A stretch of DNA of 64,000 bases, from positions 31,434,001-31,498,000 of the forward strand of contig OX597828.1 in assembly GCA_951406725.2 (NCBI GenBank), in the 5' to 3' direction. The stretch is from Octopus vulgaris (lineage: Eukaryota). The notes under the pieces were generated by a model. That model did not search any database and was not told the DNA's origin. It worked only from the letters and a program-made list of their open reading frames with translations. The position numbers and the translations under genes were made by a program. Positions 13,005-26,784 of this stretch are shown here, piece after piece. How positions within the stretch are numbered: position 1 is the stretch's first letter; every line of letters starts with the position of its first letter.

Positions 13005-14136
13005 TATACACACATATATATATATCATCTAGATTATTATATGTATATATAATCATCTTTCATCATACTTTCTGATTATACAACCATATTAATGATTGCA
13101 AAGTTTTGATAGATATTATGCTGTCACTCTCAATGAATTGATTACTGTATTTTCAAAGTATATAGTACCCCCCCTCCCCACATGCCAGATTTCATTATCT
13201 ACATACACAATTTCGAAAAGCGAATAAATAAATAAATAAATGAAACAAAAATATCTATCTATCAACGTCTTGTCTATCGATAACTAACTAAATAGACTAT
13301 TTCAAACCAGCGTAACTTCGAACAATGCTTAAAATGCAAATGCATTGATTTGTCGAATAATAATAACAGTCGTAATTAAATTCTACATCTATATTCGGCG
13401 TTTGAAGGTGTATCTCACTTGACAGAGATTAAAAATTTAAATGATATTTCTAGTCATAGCTTTCCACATCCCACACATTCGGATATCTCAGATTTGCAAC
13501 ACTTTCAAGTAGTCTGCTCTCATCACGTTGCTGTAACTCTCATCACGTTGCTACCATACAGGACATGTGTACACTGTATAAGAGAAACATATGTCAACAT
13601 CACGAACTTAATGTACGTGGCACAATCATGGAAACTTCTCCACAAATTGATTTGATAAATACACTTCTCTCTGTCTCTCTCTCTCTCTCTTTACATCCAT
13701 CTCTGTCTGTCTTTCTTTCGCCCTCTCATCTAAGTCACCCAACAATGTTTTCAAATAACTTCACCTCTCTTGAATATGTAGTGCATGTTTACGTATGTCT
13801 GGAAGCAAGAAACAGTCATCTGTATATCTATTAAAAATGAATTTCTCTTTTGTTTTCCAGTGAACACATATCGTAGTTGTCGAATGTTAAGGCAAGAGGA
13901 ATATCCTTAACTACTTTTCTTTAGTCGAGAGAAAGAAGTATTTGAGTACAAAACTAGAATACTAATTTACACTGACAGACGCCCTTTAAAACTCTGTTCT
14001 TGTTGTTTTAGTAGAACAGAACCAAACTACATCTTTAATTGCACTCATAAAGCTAATGCAGACACGGGTGTGCCTATTATAAAGTAAGATATTGTATATA
14101 TATATATATGTGTGTGTGTTTTTGTGTGTGTGTATG

Positions 14137-14171
<35 letters not shown>

Positions 14172-14223
14172 CAGTGTGTGTGTGTGTGTGTGTGTCAGTG
14201 TGTGTGTGTATGTGTGTGTGTGT

Positions 14224-14587
14224 AGGCGCAATGGCCCAGTAGTCAGGGCAGCGGTCTCGATTCCCAGACCGGGCGTTGTGATTGAGTATTGAGCAAAAAC
14301 ATCTAAAGTTCCACGAGGCTCCCATAGCGGAGGGGTGCGAGCTCTGCTGTACTCTTTTGCCACAAGTTTCTCTCACTCTTTCTTCCTGTTTCTGTTGTAT
14401 CTGTATTTCAAAAGGGCCAGGGCCAGACTTGTCATATTCTGTGCTACGCCGGATCTCCCCGAGAACTACGTTAAGCGTACATGTAACTGTAGAGTGCTCA
14501 GTCATTTGGATGTGAATTATCACGAGCTGGCTGTTCCGTTGATCGAATCAACTGGAACCCTCGCCTTCAAAACCGACGGAATGCTCT

Positions 14588-14590
<3 letters not shown>
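14224..14590 (+). mobile_element. SINE family C, diverged copy
   Basis: Aligns to 9492-9881 with a short deletion in the tRNA head. Sits between (TG)n and (TA)n. Confidence 0.9.
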
Positions 14591-14665
<75 letters not shown>

Positions 14666-14732
14666 ATGTATGTATGTATGTGTGTATAAAAAGTATGTGT
14701 GTATAAAAAGAAAACTACTGTGTCTACCTAAA

Positions 14733-15279
14733 ATTGGGTTGTTCGGAAAGTTCATGCCGTCTTTTAAAGGAAAGAAAAAGGTCAATTGATACTTGCCATT
14801 ACATTTTTAATCAAGCAAATATGAACCATTTTGTTGCACAATGCATCTCCATCTTTCCTTTAGCTTGAAAATACCCTCTTCCCAGAATTGAGGTGGTTTC
14901 ATGGCAAATAATTCATCCAAGGAACTGAAATGTTTTCCATTAAGACTATTCTGCAGAGACCTGAATAAGTGGAAATCCGAAGGAGCAATATCTGGTGAAT
15001 ATGAAGGGTGGGGTAACACATCCCAGCCGAGCTGCAGCAATTTATGTCTGGTTCCCAAAAATCATGTGCCGAAAATGGACCTTCTTATCTTCCATTTTAA
15101 AGGGTTACAGAATTGACACAGGTTATAGGAACATAAATCTTCTTTCAAGAAAACATAGCTTAAACTGTGCTCTAAATGTAGGTGTTGTCAAATCCTATTT
15201 TATGGACTCAACCATGTTCTAAAACATGGTTAAAAGGTAAGCTACTATAAATCGGCACGAACTTTCCGGACAACCCAAT
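14733..15279 (-). mobile_element. Internally deleted mariner element with both TIRs
   Basis: 27-bp TIRs ATTGGGTTGT(T/C)CGGAAAGTTC(A/G)TGCCG at 14733-14759 and 15253-15279. Retains the C-terminal LGWDVLPHPSYSPDIAPSDFHLFRSLQNSL. Confidence 0.93.
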
Positions 15280-16025
15280 ATTTACAAGTCATCGATAGAC
15301 AATGTTTGTTCTTACACGAACTGCTACATATACTTATTGGTATTACTTCTTTGATAATACTTTTGCTGGATCTCAGGTGAAACAGATCAAAAGCACAACA
15401 ATCGCTGGAAACATTATTTATGGTTAACAGATGAAAGTAAATTTCCACTCCGTATAAATTATCTGTTATCAAAAGCGGCCACAAGAAAATTTTTGCAAGA
15501 ATTTCTTCAAACGTATTAGTAACAAAATTATATGATATAATTTGCTTTCACTTGAAAATTACCACTTCATTTGCGCGCTGGAAACAATCATCAACAACAC
15601 GTAAAAAGTCGACAGTCTACATTTTTTTGTTCTAGTCAACAACACTATAAAAAAATTGCTGTGTAACGAAATTTCATCAATGACCCACAAATGAATAAAT
15701 TAAGACGAATCGGTATAATTTATTCCCTTGTATAAAAACAGTAACCACTTTCACTGCTTATTAACTTTGCTGTGTCCCGGATCTACTAAAGCTAAACTAA
15801 TAAAACAATTACCAAATGCGTAACCGATATTTCCTCTAGGATGGCGATAGTAATTGGGTTTTATCTGAAGTCATTCTCGGAAGTTGCTGAAGCCGCATTT
15901 GTAAAATAGGCGAGAAAAGAGGAAAACGATTATTAATGTTAAACTTCATACAGAAATGGTCCTATTCCACAAAAGCACAACGATTATAATGACACAAACG
16001 CACATGTGACGGAACATATATAATC

Positions 16026-16101
<76 letters not shown>

Positions 16102-16215
16102 GTGTGCTTGTGTGCGTCTGCGTGTGTATGTGTGTCTGTGCATGTGTGTATATGTATGTGTGTATTCATTAAATTATTCATTAAACGTTGTTAAATGTCA
16201 TCAAGTAAAATGAAA

Positions 16216-17131
16216 CGAAGCAGATTTTGTTGTTAATGATGGAATTATTCATTCATTCGATTATCACCGGCAGCTGTTTCTGCGAAAAAGGCCACGAGAT
16301 AATCAAAGAAATAATGCTTATTATCATATAATGTCTTTTTGTGCTCATCAATGGATTATAATTAAAACAATAAGACGTTTTAATTTCATTACCTTCAGTT
16401 TTTTTTCTTTGTTAATATTATATTAATATTTACTTCTTTACATTCACGAAACGGAATTGACGACTATGAATTAAACGCTTAACTTTTATATTTCTAATTT
16501 TGTCCCATTGTTTACTATTAACCACTTCCCTATCATATGTAAATAAATATCTCCCTCGTTTATCTATGACTTACTGTTCTGAAAAGGTATGCCTATGGAC
16601 ATCTAGAGACACCAAATAATGGGCAAGATATTATTTCAAAGTCAGGTTGGTATTTTCTAACTGGCAACCATGCTAACGCATATACATTTGTAACTCATTC
16701 ATTGGTTAAAAAACAACAAACAAAATAACAGAAATCTATAATTTTCTCAGTTCTTTACATGTAATAAATGATACACAATGATATTATTAAATTACAATAG
16801 TTATCTTAAAATGTGTACATTGATATATTTATATTAAAATATGAACAGTATAGTTACAATATTTATGTAAATATATAAATATATATATATGTATATGTTA
16901 TATTGATTCCGAGCGCATTTTCACGCATGAGCACATTGCTTTTGTAATTGAAACAACGCAAATATAAGTTTTTAAGTTTTTGGTATTCTACATACTTAGG
17001 TAAAATTTTAATTGAGTAGAATATCGTTAAAAATTAAGTATTTCATCGATACATTTTAGTTACATTAATAGGCTAGTACTTCTTATTTATTTACACACAT
17101 ATACACCCCCACATACATACATGCACACATA

Positions 17132-17165
<34 letters not shown>

Positions 17166-17251
17166 TTAATTATTATTATTATTATTATATTATTATTATT
17201 ATTATTATTATTAATAATATTATTATTATTATCATCATCATCATTATTATT

Positions 17252-17282
<31 letters not shown>

Positions 17283-17325
17283 CATCATCATCATCATTAT
17301 CATCATCATCATCATCATCATCATT

Positions 17326-17357
<32 letters not shown>

Positions 17358-17636
17358 TATTATTATATTTCAATATAGCTATGATAGTCTTGAATCGTGT
17401 TTCGTGAGTGTAAAGAAGTGAATATTAATATAATGATAACAAAGGAAAAACTCGAGATAATGAATTTAAATCGTCTTATTGTTTTAATTATAATGCACTG
17501 ATGAGTACGAAAAAGACATTATATGATAATGCTATGCATTATATCTTTGATTATATCATGACCTTTTTGACAGAAACAGCTGCCTGGGATAATTGAATAA
17601 ATGAATAATCCATCGTTAACCACAAAATCTGCTTCG
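16216..17636. mobile_element. Long inverted-repeat (fold-back or MITE-like) element, arms about 255 bp
   Basis: 16216-16469 is the reverse complement of 17383-17636 (about 85% by eye). The roughly 910-bp spacer is non-coding. Confidence 0.8.
17132..17368. repeat. (ATT)n/(ATC)n microsatellite
   Basis: Directly visible. Confidence 0.99.
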
Positions 17637-18617
17637 GGATTCAAATGGATCAGTCATGTAAATGGTAAGGCACTGGGTCGGGTCGCAAAGTAAAATGTGT
17701 ACTCAACAAAAAATAGAGGAATATATATCCGTGTACCGAAGCAAAGGCAAAATGATATTCGGGTTTTGTGCATGATTAACTGTACCTGCTCGAGTAAATC
17801 AATATGTTGAGGCTAATCAAGAAACGCACTTTATAGTAAATGTACGGTCCATAACAAACTTCACAATTACACAAGGAGTAGGTTGCGAGTGAGGCGAATA
17901 TGAATAAATAACAAAAGATAACATGTCAATTCACTTCAGTTGTTTCCAATGAATTTTCAACTGATTAATGAAGGCATTACATCCTTAGAAAAAAAAAAAA
18001 ACGTTTCCGTCAGGAAAATATATGAATCACGACAATTAAAAAACATTTAACAGCCCCTCTTCTTGTTTCATTATAGAATCTCAGTACTACTGTCTCGCTT
18101 TTAGGGTTATTTGGCCTAAAATGAAGCTTATAGAATGGTGTGAAATAAGTAAATATATAAATAACATGGTGTACTTACATTTTCTACGCAACCCTATAAA
18201 AGCATGTTGAATAGAATTTAAAGATAAAAGGAACTATCTCTATCTTAGTTGGAGGGGCAGGATTCTTCGCTGTCCGACCTCACTTAGCCCTTCCTCTAAC
18301 TTCCAACGCTATAAATCTTCTTTGCTAGCTTACCAACACATCACATCGAGTTTTCTTCTATAAAACTAACAACTTCATTCTATGAAGAGAACAGAAACAT
18401 GAAAATGCCCATCCCACGGGCTTTTGATTATTTTGAATGTTACGTTTCATATACTTATCTGAAAACGTTTTATTCTAATGACGTAACGCCACACTTAAAC
18501 AATGAGTAGTTTCTTGAAAACAGCTGTTCAAAATTGACACGTTATTCATCTTGTTATTTATTCATATATATATATATATATATAAATACACACACATAAA
18601 TATATATATATACATTC

Positions 18618-18699
<82 letters not shown>

Positions 18700-18702
<3 letters not shown>

Positions 18703-20456
18703 CAACAAAGTAAACTTACAAGGCACCGCATGAGTGAAAATATATAAGAAAGAGTCTTTAAAAATGCAGAGGTCTTTTAAAGATGTATATTGACTTGACC
18801 GGTTTCGTTTTTTTTAAAAGAATATCAAAATTAAAATGTAAAGCTTTGTATAAGCTTTGTTGTGTTAAATAATGGTTGTCATAATTATATTAAAATACAG
18901 TTATACATTCTTTGAAAATAATTTTTAAAATGTTAAAAAAGAAGAATTTATGTCAATGAATAAGTAAATGGGTATTTTTATTTAAACAGTTTACAGGAAG
19001 GTGTTCAAAATAGGTAGTAAAATAAATTTATAATTATCTTAAGTTCATCAAAAATCATGGTTATACAAGAGGCATATACGTAGAAGGAAATATATTTAAG
19101 TATTTTTACAGAAATTTAGGGAAATCACCAACCTTTCCATTCATTATCTTCTGTCTTGTAGTGGCTGTAGGAGAGCCACTACAAGACAGTGCCACTCCCA
19201 CAGACACTGTTGATTTTAAATATAGCGTGGACGGTTGGTTGGTGAAGGAGAGCATTGTGGAATCAAAAGAATTTGTTTGGCTAGTCTTTCATGGTTCAGT
19301 GGTTTTGGGGACTGGTCTTAGGTTCAAAAATGGCATGAGTGTGTGTGTTTCTCTGTGAACGTTTCTATGTGTGTATATCTATATCTGTATAGATAGCGCG
19401 CCGGGCGAAATGCTTAGCGGTTTTTCGTCTGTCGTTACGTTCTGAGTTCAAATTCCGCCGAGGTCGACTTTGCCTTTCATCCTTTCGGGGTCGATAAATA
19501 AAGTACCCGTTTCGCACTGGGGTCGATGTAATCGACTTAATCCCTCTGTGAGTCCTTGTTTGTCCCCTCTATGTTTAGCCCCTTGTGGGCAATAAAGAAA
19601 TATATATCTATATCTATATATATATATGTGCTTGTGTCTGTGTGTGTGCGTTTTTATTAGAGTTCAGTGTATGGTGTGTATGGGTCTGTGTATGAGTGTA
19701 TTTTATATTTATCAGGATGGTGCGTGTATATGTATCCTCTTTTTTTGTGTGTATGTGTGTATGAGTGTGATTTGTATTTGTCAGGGCGCTGTGTGTGCGC
19801 ACGTGTGTATGCGTTTGTGAGTATGTGTTTGTTCACATGTATGCATGTGTGCGTCTATGTGTATGAATGTGTATGCTTGTGTGTGCGCTATATTTGTTGT
19901 GGTGAAATGTGTGTCTGTACGTGTGAGTATAAGTGTGTATGTTATTATTCTGTGTGGTGCATATATATGTTTGTGTGTATTATTATGAGTGTTTTGTTTA
20001 TATTTTTTGTGCAGTGTGTGTGTAAACATGTGCGTGAGTTTGTGTGAGTGTCTATGTGTCTTGTATTTATTCAGGATTACGTGTATGATTGTGTGTGTGT
20101 TCATGCTAGAGTTTGTAAATGTATGTGTGCATGTGTGTGTACGTATGTGTGTATGTGTGTCTGTGAATGTTTGTTGCGATTGTTGGGACTGTATTGTGTA
20201 TATATGTGTGTGTTATTTCTTTGAGTGTGTGTATGTGAGTTTTTACTTGGTAACGGGCATATTGTGTTTGTGTGTGTACATATGTGTGCATATGTGCGTG
20301 TGTGTGGGTGGATGTATTTGTGTGAATGTGTCTTGTAATTAGCAGGGCAATGTGTGTAGGTGTGTGCATATACGTATTCACATAAGTGTGTGTGTGAGTG
20401 TTGGTTGTGATTACTAGAATTGTATTGCATATGTATATATGCTGTCTTTTCTTGGA

Positions 20457-20460
<4 letters not shown>
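18700..20460 (-). repeat. Dispersed repeat family E, long copy with degenerate (CA)-rich region, interrupted by a SINE
   Basis: Homologous to 10915-11630. Carries split hammerhead-like halves at 19044-19056 and 18792-18807. Confidence 0.65.
19394..19601 (+). mobile_element. SINE family A, slightly 5' truncated
   Basis: GAGTTCAAATTCCGCCGAGGTCGACTTTGCCTTTCATCCTTTCGGGGTCGATAAA...AAAGAAATA. Confidence 0.93.
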
Positions 20461-20830
<370 letters not shown>

Positions 20831-22100
20831 TATACATATATATACGATTTTTCTATGTGTTTACATATATACCAAATGAAAGATGGAACATGGAATATAT
20901 GAGAAATCTAACCACACGCGGACTGTTGTTTGAATTTTCCTCAAGAGGAATCAAAATGCTAAATGTTAAGATGTCATATAAAATGATATCAAGTATACTG
21001 ATAACTGAAAAGTATTCTTTTTCAAATATTTTCATGAGTAAAGGGGTTTAACACAATCGGGAATTAAGTATGATTCAACCCAATATACTTCGAGCTGATT
21101 CGATAGTTTGCATCAAAAGAAGACAAAACACAGTATCTCTTCCCAACGATGTATTGAAATACATCAAGTAATATCAAATACATTATGGCTTGTAGGATTT
21201 TATGTACCACCTATGATGTAATATCAGTCGGTAGAACCAGAGATAAGACAGAAATAAGACAGCAGATTTTGCATGATTGGTGGTAACACGAAATGATTAG
21301 CAGCATGAAGTACCTGCGGAAAGCACCAGAATGACCGCAATAATTTAAGCAGTACTTTTTGGGGACCAGATTTTTGATCTTTTGTGAGACTAAATCGTTC
21401 TAAACAGTTACGAAATGCTTAAGACAAATCTTACGTGCATGGCCTCTAATTGTAATGACGATGTTATAATTTATTCCGTTTCCAAATTGTGGCGGATTTG
21501 TACATTTTGTTTTGCCAAAACTAATCAATAGTAAAGTTAATGGTAACATATTTCTGTAGAGCCACAATGCATAAAGCTAACACAAAAATTCATATTGTGT
21601 AGTTTTTGTTTTGTTCTGTTTTCCTATTGATCACGTCACTGAATTATTTAAATGCAACCAACAATCAACCAGCTTCACTAATGAACTTCGCAATCTAATT
21701 TTATTTAATTTTCCGCACTAACTATCCTATTGCTACTGAATAGCGAACAGCTTGCCCTTACAGATCATTCAACCATAACTCAATAATCTAATGAAACAAA
21801 ATGAATCCCCTCCTCCATTTAGCTAACGGTGTTTGGTAATAGTGACTCTCCTTACATTCCGAGTAAATGATGGACACTACTATTTCGATGTTTATTCACA
21901 CATAATTTAACATTCTAAAGCTATACAATTGACCACAGCTCGTTGATAGAATTAGATAATAAAAGAGTCTCACCCTATTCCTCCTTAACACAAGAACGTA
22001 ACTCCTCTTCTTATTTTATCACGAAATCGTTAGAAATTATTTGTGAATCAATATATGTATTTATCACCAAGCATGCATAAAATACTAAGTTTATTCATAC

Positions 22101-22190
<90 letters not shown>

Positions 22191-22264
22191 CTATATATGC
22201 ATATATATATATATATGTATGTATGCGTGTGTGTGTGTGTGTGAGTATCTACCACAGTAAACAT

Positions 22265-22486
22265 ATAAATGTGAAACGAGGTGGGAAAAATGTAGTATTC
22301 CACTACAGGAGGTAGAGAAATATACTTTATTATTACAGCTAAAAGAAGCTTCACGAAGAAATGGCTACGCCTTTCTGTTCGTCGGACAATTGAGATTCAG
22401 AATCACAACTGTCCGTTGAACGGAAACGGGAAACTTTGAGGAGCAGCGTTTTTGTGATGAATTTGCAGATTTAATAATAAAGCATA
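22265..22486. mobile_element. Decayed fold-back element with hammerhead-like remnant
   Basis: Outer arms CTTTATTATTA / TAATAATAAAG, inner arms 22378-22395 / 22403-22420. Remnant CCGTTGA-ACGGAAACGG-GAAA-CTTTGAG. Confidence 0.45.
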
Positions 22487-22532
22487 TCTGTGTGTATGTG
22501 TAGATAGACATAGATACATGCAAACAAACATG

Positions 22533-22631
<99 letters not shown>

Positions 22632-22741
22632 TGGGTATATCTATATTACATATATGTTTGTACGATAAGAAAAAGACAAAAGGGGTTACAAAGAAATTGT
22701 TATACGTCCACACTTTTAATATATATACATATATATATATA

Positions 22742-22790
<49 letters not shown>

Positions 22791-22799
22791 GGAGAGAGA

Positions 22800-23755
22800 A
22801 AGGAAGCGCTCAGCCAAATTCAAAGACCCTTCTTCTATCGCCTCCTCCCCTCCGACTCCATGACCTCTACCTACAGCGAGTGTCCTCTACCCTCCATTAC
22901 CTCATCTCTTCTTCTGCTCTTCCTCACCGTCAGCAACCTCATTGTCCGAACACCTCATACCTCCACCATCTATTTCCCTCACAAAATACAAAAACCCGAC
23001 AACCCTGACCGCCCTAACGTTTCTGCCTGTAATTGCCCCACCGAACCCATTTCCAAATACATTGTCTGCATCCTGTCCCCTTTTGTTGCTGCCCTCCCAC
23101 CCCACATACAAGACATTAATCACGTCCTTCGCCTCTTCAATTTCTTTCCCTTCCCTCCTGGTTCCTCACACCTCCTGTTCACCTTGGACATGAAATCCCT
23201 ATACACGGTGATTCCCCACCACGACGGTCTCTTATCCCTGCAATACTTCCTCGACCGTCACCCTGACTCCACACCTAGCATCTCCACCCTTCTTCGCCTT
23301 GCAGAGCTCGTCCTCACCATCAACTACTTTACGTTCGCCAGGGAAACCTACCAACATCTGCCTAGGGTCGCGACGGGAATGAGAATGGCTCCACTCTCGC
23401 CAGCCTTTTTGTTGGCCACATTGAGGCCCATGCATTCTCCCGATTCACCGGGCCTACCCCAGAGCTATACGGTCACGAAATAGACGACTGTATAGGTAAC
23501 CTCCCCCTCCCGTGAACAACTCTGCCACTTCATCTCTTTCCTCTCTAACTTCCACCCTCTCTTTAATTCACTTCTACTATCTCTAATATCTCTGTTAACT
23601 TCCTTGATATCTCGCTTACCATTTACCACCCTTTCCACTCGCTCACCATTTCCATCTTCTTCAAACCCACAGATTCCCTCCTATACCTCAACTTCTCCCA
23701 TTCCTTCCACACCGAACGGGCTTTCCCCTACTCCCAGTTCCTCTACCTCCGACGC
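22800..23755 (+). mobile_element. Penelope-like element reverse transcriptase fragment (pseudogene)
   Basis: YFPHKIQKPDNPDRPNVSACNCPTE, LLFTLDMKSLYTVIPH, AELVLTINYFTF, VATGMRMAP, ELYGHEIDDCIG, FPYSQFLYLRR: the PLE RT motif series. Confidence 0.92.
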
Positions 23756-24750
23756 CCCAAGGTAACCACACCCAGGTAGGACGGCTTCGACCACCTGCAA
23801 CCACTCCATGACCGCATAAGACCGGCTAGCGTGACAGCTTGCGAGACATATGGCACTGGGCATCGACCCATCAGCGATGACACGATGCGACGTTGACTGG
23901 CCGCCAATAACATGCGTTGCCGTCTCCCTTCTGGGGAGCCGCTCCTCACTGCCCACCACCGTCAGGCACGACTGCAGTGGACTACACAGCTCAGACATTG
24001 GCGGCATCAATAATGGAGATCGATAGTCTTCTCTGACGAGAGCCAGTACTGCGTATCCACCTCAGATGGCAGAGTGAGGGTGTGGCCTAGGAGGGTCGAA
24101 CATTTGTCATGAAGAGACATGCGTGGGTGGCCAATGCATCATGGTTTTGGGGTGATATATGCCCGAATCAGAGGACCGGGCCCTATGTGTTCCAAAATGT
24201 TGTTGCAGACAGATGGAATGAATATTTTGAGATCACACATCGTACCCTTCTTGGCGCGTCACCGTAGCCATGTGTTCCAGCAGAACAATACTTCATCCAA
24301 CACGGCTAAGGTTACCATGTACTACCTGTCTGTGTTTGGCTCTCAGCCCGGATTTGAAACCAATTGAACACTTGTGGAATGGAATCCAGAAACGGTTGAA
24401 ACAGTTCGTCCGAAGGCTGACAACTCGTGTGGAATTGGAGGCAGCTTTCCTCAGGGTGTAGACACAGGTGCCAATGGCTTTTGTGAACCGCCTCATCCTC
24501 TACATATACCGAGGGCATTAGAGCACTTAGGGAGGTCATACACGGTATTGAACATGTCACACCCAAAACATTCTCACTGCGCTGGATCCGCCCATTACCA
24601 AAATACATCACAACAACCCTTAGACTGAGGTGAAAGTACATCCAAGAAACCGAATTTATCATATGAATCAAAATACATATCTGGCATGAAGAAATTAAAA
24701 CGTGATTCACAAACACACACGTCTCACCTTTCTTCTGCGGTTCATTTTAT
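23751..24750 (+). mobile_element. Tc1-like (DD34E) transposon relic, 5' truncated
   Basis: RPKVTTP, HHRQARLQW, IVFSDESQY..DGRVRVW, FQQNN, SPDLKPIEHLW. In-frame stops present. Confidence 0.92.
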
Positions 24751-26731
24751 ATTAAGATAACTTATCAAAAAGTTTCAAAATAAGTCGTACATCAGTATAT
24801 ATATATACGAGGCTGGGCATTGCTCCCCGAACTGTTCTTTGGAGATAAGTTGCTACCGAACTATTGACCGATGACACGTAAGCCTACTTTCGTTTGTATT
24901 CTCCTACTGAGGCCATTAAGAATTTCACTGCTCTTAAAGTATTGTTTCAATCTTCCTAGCAATGAAACGACAGTGAAAATCCGAAAAATGCTGCAATATA
25001 GTGTACAGATAGAACACCTTATATGAAAGTGTACTGAGTGTATTTGTGTAATGAGAGAGAAGCAAAGAAACGACAACAGCGCGGAGATGCTATGATGCTG
25101 CGATTCCCACGGGGAAGTCAAAATAAAACTAAGAGTAAAGACCAATAAAAAACATAGAGACACAGAGTAATATTAATAATACTACTGAAGCGGAGCAAGG
25201 TCGAATAGAGGACGAAAGGGAAGAGAATACTTAGGCTACAGGTTGAAAGTGAGAAGCAAAACTCAAGAAAACCTGAGTAAATGAGAGTTGTGTTACAACC
25301 TGAACCCGGGGAAAAAAAAGAGAGAAAATTAATAGAAATAAGACAGAAGGATAGATAATGTGACTGGCGATGAAAAGGGAACGAAATTGAACGATATAAG
25401 ATGTACAGCTGAAGTAAAAAAAAACAAAAAAAAAAGCAAATGAAACCGAAGACGGATGGGGAGAAAATGAGAAAATATAAGAGAGAAAATGAGAAAATAT
25501 ATGCTTAAGAATGATTACAGAATGAAAAAATGCCAATAATAGATATATATATGCACGCTGGAATTATTAACGGCCTGTGTATCCTAGATTAATAATAATA
25601 AATAACGAATGTATATGCGTAAAATACTCGAGTCAGCATTATATTGAAACTTTGGTACCAAGAATGCAATGTAACTACATTTAAGTAATTAAAATAATAC
25701 AATGTTCTATTAACACTTTCCGCTAAGCAAGATGTAAAATGCAAAACTCGGCATTAATCACAATTCTATTAACAGTTGATCAGATAGGAAACAAAACCTT
25801 TAACACACACATATGTATGCCCCAGCGTATTCTGTACGGCCGCATATTCTTAACGCAGTAAACGCACTTTTGTACATATATTCAAACCTGACAATCTCGG
25901 CATACGCTTTGTCTATTATATTTTCTTTCACTTCCGTCTATTATGTTAGGAGAATGTGAGTTGACACTATTAAACGAAATGTTATCTTTTTACATAATAA
26001 GGTTTCTTCAGTGTGCCACTGAATTCAGGAAATTTATTTTCCATTCAGTGAAGGGTTGCTGATTTGCTGAGACGATAAAACGGCTGATAAAATGCAGTGT
26101 GACATTTCATTACATATATTTCCAGTTTTATTCCGTATTTTAGTGTGTTCATATAAGCCTTTCATCGTTCTGCCGTAAACAAAATAAAGTACCAGTCAAG
26201 TACTGCTGTCAATTTAATCGACTTTGTTTTCCTTAGCAGGAAAGATAAATTTATGACTTAGCAGCGATGTTAAAAGTCATAAACGTTATATTGAGTGTGC
26301 CGTCGTTAAAAGTACAATATTTTACAACTGCCCTGATTCTGGGGTTTATAGAATCATCATGTTTAACTATATTGCCTGTTCATATGGTGCTGGTAGCTGA
26401 GTTGAATCATTCCAAACATTGTACGGAGAATATCATTCCCCACTGATATCGATTTTGTTGAACATAGTGCTAAAGCTTGATGCAAAAACCTGATTCGGAC
26501 GTTGATATATATATATATAGATAGATAGAGAAAGAGAGAGAGAGAGGGATAGAGAGGCAGGGAGAGAGTTTACAAAGGCTGCGAAGAATGTATGTATATA
26601 TATATATATATAAATGCATACATATATATATGCATATGTATATACACGCACACATATATGTATCATGCACACACGCACATATATGAATGCATGAAATATT
26701 TCACAAAAGGCCGCAAAGAAAGTATGTATAA

Positions 26732-26784
<53 letters not shown>

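Noticed and set aside
17490-17525. CTGATGAGTACGAAA as a hammerhead
   Set aside because: No stem III or UH site follows, and the opposite arm of the inverted repeat reads TTGATGAGCACAAAA, so the motif is not conserved.
22518-23483. 321-aa ORF as a functional gene
   Set aside because: The N-terminus is microsatellite and the rest is PLE RT that frameshifts before the catalytic DD.
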